Positions 60,559-64,000 of a stretch of DNA of 64,000 nucleotides are shown here, piece by piece. Within the stretch, counting starts at the first letter, position 1; each line of letters starts with the position of its first letter. The translations under genes and the position numbers were made by a program. The stretch is taken from assembly GCA_902517505.1 (NCBI GenBank), contig CABYCL010000002.1:1941-65940 (forward strand), in the 5' to 3' direction. The DNA is from an uncultured SAR86 cluster bacterium. Lineage in GTDB: Bacteria; Pseudomonadota; Gammaproteobacteria; Magnimaribacterales; D2472. The notes below the pieces were generated by a model. It was not told the DNA's origin. It did no database searches and worked only from the letters and a program-made list of their open reading frames with translations.

Positions 60559-61234
60559 AATAAATGAAAAACTTTCAGCTCTATATGATGGTGAGCTAAA
60601 TGATGCTGAGGTTGATGAGTTAATTGATATTATTAATGAAGAAAAAAGCTTACAGAAACGAATTTCAATGTATACCCTTATAGGGGCTGCTGTAAGTCAG
60701 CAATCTAGTAATGTTACTGCGTTAGATACTAGGAAGAATATCAAGAATGCTTTTTCAAACATATGGTTCTCAAATGCATTAACCGCTGCAGCATCTGTAT
60801 TGTTAACCTTAACATTTGTAAATAATGTTGATTTTTCCAGAATGGATATAAATATCAATTCATCAAAGCAGATTTCGTCGGCAATAAATAGCAAAGAAGC
60901 CAAGAATACCGCTGAAAAATCTAATGAATATCTTGCAGACCATATAATGAATATTATTAATGATCCAAATTACATGTCATCAAAGAACTCACTAGACCTC
61001 CAAAATGTTGGTTATAAAAGTAACTCAGATAATGGTTATATTCATTCTAAAGGAAATGAGAGCTTCCAATTGCGTATTGAAAATAAGAATCTTGGTATTA
61101 AACAAATAAGATATTGGAAACACGGAAATAAGATGATTTATTTAGTTCCGTTAAATGATGGAAGAGTTTTAACGCTCTATGGTAATATTTCACTTTCATC
61201 AGCTTTAAGCATAGCTGAATCAGCAAATAAGTAA
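60551..61234 (+). CDS. rseA: anti-sigma-E factor (RseA/MucA-like)
   Basis: N-terminal LSALYDGEL motif, one central TM segment, a periplasmic C-domain, and an 8-nt overlap with rpoE. Confidence 0.75.
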   Translation: MNEINEKLSALYDGELNDAEVDELIDIINEEKSLQKRISMYTLIGAAVSQQSSNVTALDTRKNIKNAFSNIWFSNALTAAASVLLTLTFVNNVDFSRMDININSSKQISSAINSKEAKNTAEKSNEYLADHIMNIINDPNYMSSKNSLDLQNVGYKSNSDNGYIHSKGNESFQLRIENKNLGIKQIRYWKHGNKMIYLVPLNDGRVLTLYGNISLSSALSIAESANK

Positions 61235-61240
61235 TTAAAA

Positions 61241-62644
61241 ATGTATAAAATTTTAAATAAAGGCTTAATAATTCTGTTGTTTGCAATTTCATCATCTAAT
61301 TATGTCTTTGGAAATTTACCAGAAAACATATCAGAACTAGTTGATAGTTCTGCACCTGCAGTTGTAAATATAACTGCAAAGAAAGAAGTATCTCAAAGAT
61401 CTTCATACGGATATGGCGGAATACCAGATGAAATGTTAGAGAGATTTGGTATACCAAGAGAATTTAGGGATGCACCTCAACAGAAAAGAGAAGCGGTCTC
61501 ATATGGATCTGGTTTTATTCTAAAAGATAACTATATTATGACTAATTTTCATGTAGTTGAAGACGCTTCAGAAGTTGTTGTATCTTTATCAGATAGAAGA
61601 GAATATATTGCTGAGATAATTGGAGTTGATCAATTGTCTGATCTTGCTGTTTTAGAAGTAAAAGGAAAGAATTTACCAACCGTTGATGTTGGTAATAGTG
61701 ATGAATTAAAGGTAGGTGATTGGGTAATTGCAATTGGATCGCCATTTAGTTTTGATTTCTCAGTAACCGCTGGAATAGTCAGTGCCAAGGGAAGAAGTAT
61801 CCAAAATAATAATATTGGTAATTATGTTCCTTTTCTTCAAACTGATGTAGCTATCAATCCTGGTAACTCTGGAGGACCGTTATTTAATTTAGAAGGGAAA
61901 GTTGTAGGTATAAACTCACAAATTTATTCAAGAAGTGGTGGATATCAGGGCTTGGCATTTGCTATACCTATAAATGTCGCCATAGATGTAGCTGATCAAA
62001 TCATCAACAGTGGTGAAGTTTCAAGAGGATATCTTGGTGTTCGAATGAGTGAAGTAGATAGTGATTTAGCTGACGCTCTGGGTATGAAGAAACCCTATGG
62101 AGCACTAATCAATGACGTTGAAGAAGGTGAATCTGCTGACATGGCTGGATTAGTTCCTGGCGATGTCATTATTGAATTTGATAACAAAGAAATTAAATTT
62201 AGTTCCGATCTTCCTCATGTTGTTGGTCAGATTAAACCTGATTCAAGAGCATCTGCAAAAGTTATCAGAGATGGAAAAGAAATCTCGCTTGATTTTGTCC
62301 TTGGCGAACTTCCTATAAACAACGAAACATTTATTCCTGCCAAGACTCAGTCTTCATCAGATCCAATTGGATTAAAAGTTGTAGATATTGATCGTGATAA
62401 TCCATCTATGGCAAATATGCCAGATGGTGTAATTGTTTCAAGGGTAAATCCTAACTCAGCTGCTTCAGGAAAGATAAATAGAGCCGATATAATTACAATG
62501 ATTCAGTATAAGGGCAAAAAGTTCGATGTTAATGGCGTTGATTCATTTAATGAAGCACTAGATAATTTTTCATCTGGAAATAAGATAGCAATTCATTTAA
62601 TTAGAAATGGAAGTAGACTAATTACTTCAATAACCCTTAATTAG
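61241..62644 (+). CDS. degP: periplasmic HtrA-family serine endoprotease (DegP/DegQ/MucD) with two PDZ domains
   Basis: Signal peptide, TNFHVV (His), DLAVL (Asp), GNSGGPL (Ser), and two PDZ-like segments. Confidence 0.9.
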   Translation: MYKILNKGLIILLFAISSSNYVFGNLPENISELVDSSAPAVVNITAKKEVSQRSSYGYGGIPDEMLERFGIPREFRDAPQQKREAVSYGSGFILKDNYIMTNFHVVEDASEVVVSLSDRREYIAEIIGVDQLSDLAVLEVKGKNLPTVDVGNSDELKVGDWVIAIGSPFSFDFSVTAGIVSAKGRSIQNNNIGNYVPFLQTDVAINPGNSGGPLFNLEGKVVGINSQIYSRSGGYQGLAFAIPINVAIDVADQIINSGEVSRGYLGVRMSEVDSDLADALGMKKPYGALINDVEEGESADMAGLVPGDVIIEFDNKEIKFSSDLPHVVGQIKPDSRASAKVIRDGKEISLDFVLGELPINNETFIPAKTQSSSDPIGLKVVDIDRDNPSMANMPDGVIVSRVNPNSAASGKINRADIITMIQYKGKKFDVNGVDSFNEALDNFSSGNKIAIHLIRNGSRLITSITLN

Positions 62645-62697
62645 TAAAAACTATATTTACTTATTTTCATGGTTTGCTTGTAAAATAGCTGCGAATT

Positions 62698-64000
62698 ATG
62701 AAGAACATTAGAAACTTTTCTGTGATAGCTCATATTGATCATGGGAAATCAACCCTGTCTGATAGGTTGATAGAATTTTGCGGTGGACTTTCATCAAGGG
62801 AGATGGAGGATCAGATATTAGATTCTATGGACATTGAAAGAGAGAGAGGGATTACAATCAAAGCTCAAGCAGTATCACTAAACTACGAAAAAGACGGCGT
62901 TAAATACCTTTTGAATTTTATAGATACTCCTGGTCATGTAGATTTCTCATATGAAGTTTCTAGATCTTTGTCAGCTTGTGAAGGGGCGTTATTAGTTGTC
63001 GATGGTTCTCAAGGAGTAGAAGCTCAAACCTTGGCAAATTGTTATACAGCAGTGGAGGAAGGCTTAGAGGTCGTACCAGTTATTAATAAAATTGATCTTC
63101 CTCAAGCTGAGCCTGATAGGGTTAAGGATGAAATAGAAGAAATGGTTGGTATTAATGCAAATGAGGCTCCATTAGTAAGTGCCAAAACAGGCGAAGGAGT
63201 AGAGATATTATTAGATAAATTAATTTCTGATATACCATGTCCAGAAGGCGAATCTAATTCTAAATTACAAGCTTTAATAGTCGATTCATGGTTTGACTCT
63301 TATCTTGGTGTTGTTTCATTAATAAGAATTAAAAATGGAAAAATAAAAAAAGGACAAAAGTTTAAAATCCATTCAAATAATCAATCTCACATTGTTGATG
63401 ATATTGGAATTTTTTCTCCCAAAAAGGTTTCTAAAGGTGAGTTATTTGCCGGTGAGGTAGGATATCTAGTTGCAGGCATTAAAGATATTAAAGGCGCACC
63501 GGTCGGAGATACTCTTATAGATGCAAATGATGAAGGCACAGATGCATTACCTGGCTTTAAGAGAGTCAACCCTAAAGTTTTCGCTTCTATATTTACTTTA
63601 AATTCTGATGATTATGAAAAATTTCGAGATGCTCTTTCAAAACTAGTATTAAATGATAGTTCATTGGTTTATGAACCCGAAGTATCAGATGCACTAGGTT
63701 TTGGCTTTAGGTGTGGCTTTTTAGGCACACTTCATATGGAGGTTGTCAGAGAGAGGCTTGAAAGAGAATATGATCTTGATTTAATTTCTACGGCTCCTTC
63801 AGTTGAATATGAGGTATTAAAAACAGATGGCGAAATTCTTAAGTGTGATAATCCATCACAATTACCAACCCCAAATGAAATTGATGAAATTAGAGAACCG
63901 ATAGTTAATACTACAATTATTTCTCCAAATGAGTATGTGGGAAACATTATTACACTTTGTACTTCAAAAAGAGGAATTCAAAAAGACATGAAATATTTTG
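62698..64000 (+). CDS. lepA: elongation factor 4 (LepA), N-terminal ~434 codons; continues past the window end
   Basis: Not in the supplied ORF track because it runs off the window. ATG at 62698 gives [24 protein letters not shown]...DTPGHVDF...NKIDL. It sits downstream of the rpoE operon, as in E. coli and Pseudomonas. Confidence 0.93.
   Translation, partial: MKNIRNFSVIAHIDHGKSTLSDRLIEFCGGLSSREMEDQILDSMDIERERGITIKAQAVSLNYEKDGVKYLLNFIDTPGHVDFSYEVSRSLSACEGALLVVDGSQGVEAQTLANCYTAVEEGLEVVPVINKIDLPQAEPDRVKDEIEEMVGINANEAPLVSAKTGEGVEILLDKLISDIPCPEGESNSKLQALIVDSWFDSYLGVVSLIRIKNGKIKKGQKFKIHSNNQSHIVDDIGIFSPKKVSKGELFAGEVGYLVAGIKDIKGAPVGDTLIDANDEGTDALPGFKRVNPKVFASIFTLNSDDYEKFRDALSKLVLNDSSLVYEPEVSDALGFGFRCGFLGTLHMEVVRERLEREYDLDLISTAPSVEYEVLKTDGEILKCDNPSQLPTPNEIDEIREPIVNTTIISPNEYVGNIITLCTSKRGIQKDMKYF

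Overview
This is a visibly AT-rich, very tightly packed window. Almost all of it is coding, and many gene junctions overlap by 1-14 nt (ATGA/TAATG type). It consists almost entirely of conserved housekeeping blocks. The synteny looks gammaproteobacterial and Pseudomonas/Oceanospirillales-like (sucAB-lpd-sucCD, xerD-dsbC-hom-thrC, rpoE-mucA-...-mucD-lepA, NrdA with two ATP-cones). The source is probably a streamlined marine lineage, but that is inference only.

Gene order:
- iscS'(partial)-iscU-iscA-fdx-iscX
- ndk-rlmN-rodZ-ispG-hisS-yfgM-bamB-der
- sdhCDAB-sucAB-lpdA-sucCD
- MATE pump(-), LbH acetyltransferase, small wHTH protein, msrB
- murJ-ribF-ileS-lspA-ispH
- ampD-ampG-vanZ-like
- groES-groEL
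- unannotated 58-aa ORF, then sodN-sodX (Ni-SOD)
- corB/yfjD-like(-), ypjD-like(-)
- rpsP-rimM-trmD-rplS
- xerD-dsbC-hom-thrC-prfB-lysS
- hypothetical(-)-mdh(-), SDR, GST(-), nrdB(-)-nrdA(-)
- glpK, orphan ABC ATPase(-), serA-like, ung, ygfZ(-), sdhE
- rpoE-rseA-like-degP/mucD-lepA'(partial; missing from the supplied ORF track)

No rRNA, tRNA, CRISPR or mobile element was seen.

The most unusual content is in the ribosomal-protein operon. bS16 carries a ~145-aa C-terminal extension and bL19 a ~182-aa N-terminal extension. Both contain GC-rich 18-nt-period arrays encoding EEEAPA, and the two arrays share an exact 33-nt stretch. The bL19 extension also starts with an FtsY-like amphipathic motif and contains a HeH/SAP-like motif.

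Other points worth a second look:
- a His-rich 58-aa membrane ORF translationally coupled (ATGA) to sodN
- a compact palindromic cluster of DnaA boxes just upstream of ung
- NrdR-type boxes plus a DnaA box upstream of nrdAB
- an isc operon without hscBA
- an rpoE operon without rseB/rseC
- a prfB without the programmed frameshift
- a probable ATT start codon

All calls rest on reading the supplied translations and DNA. No database search was run.
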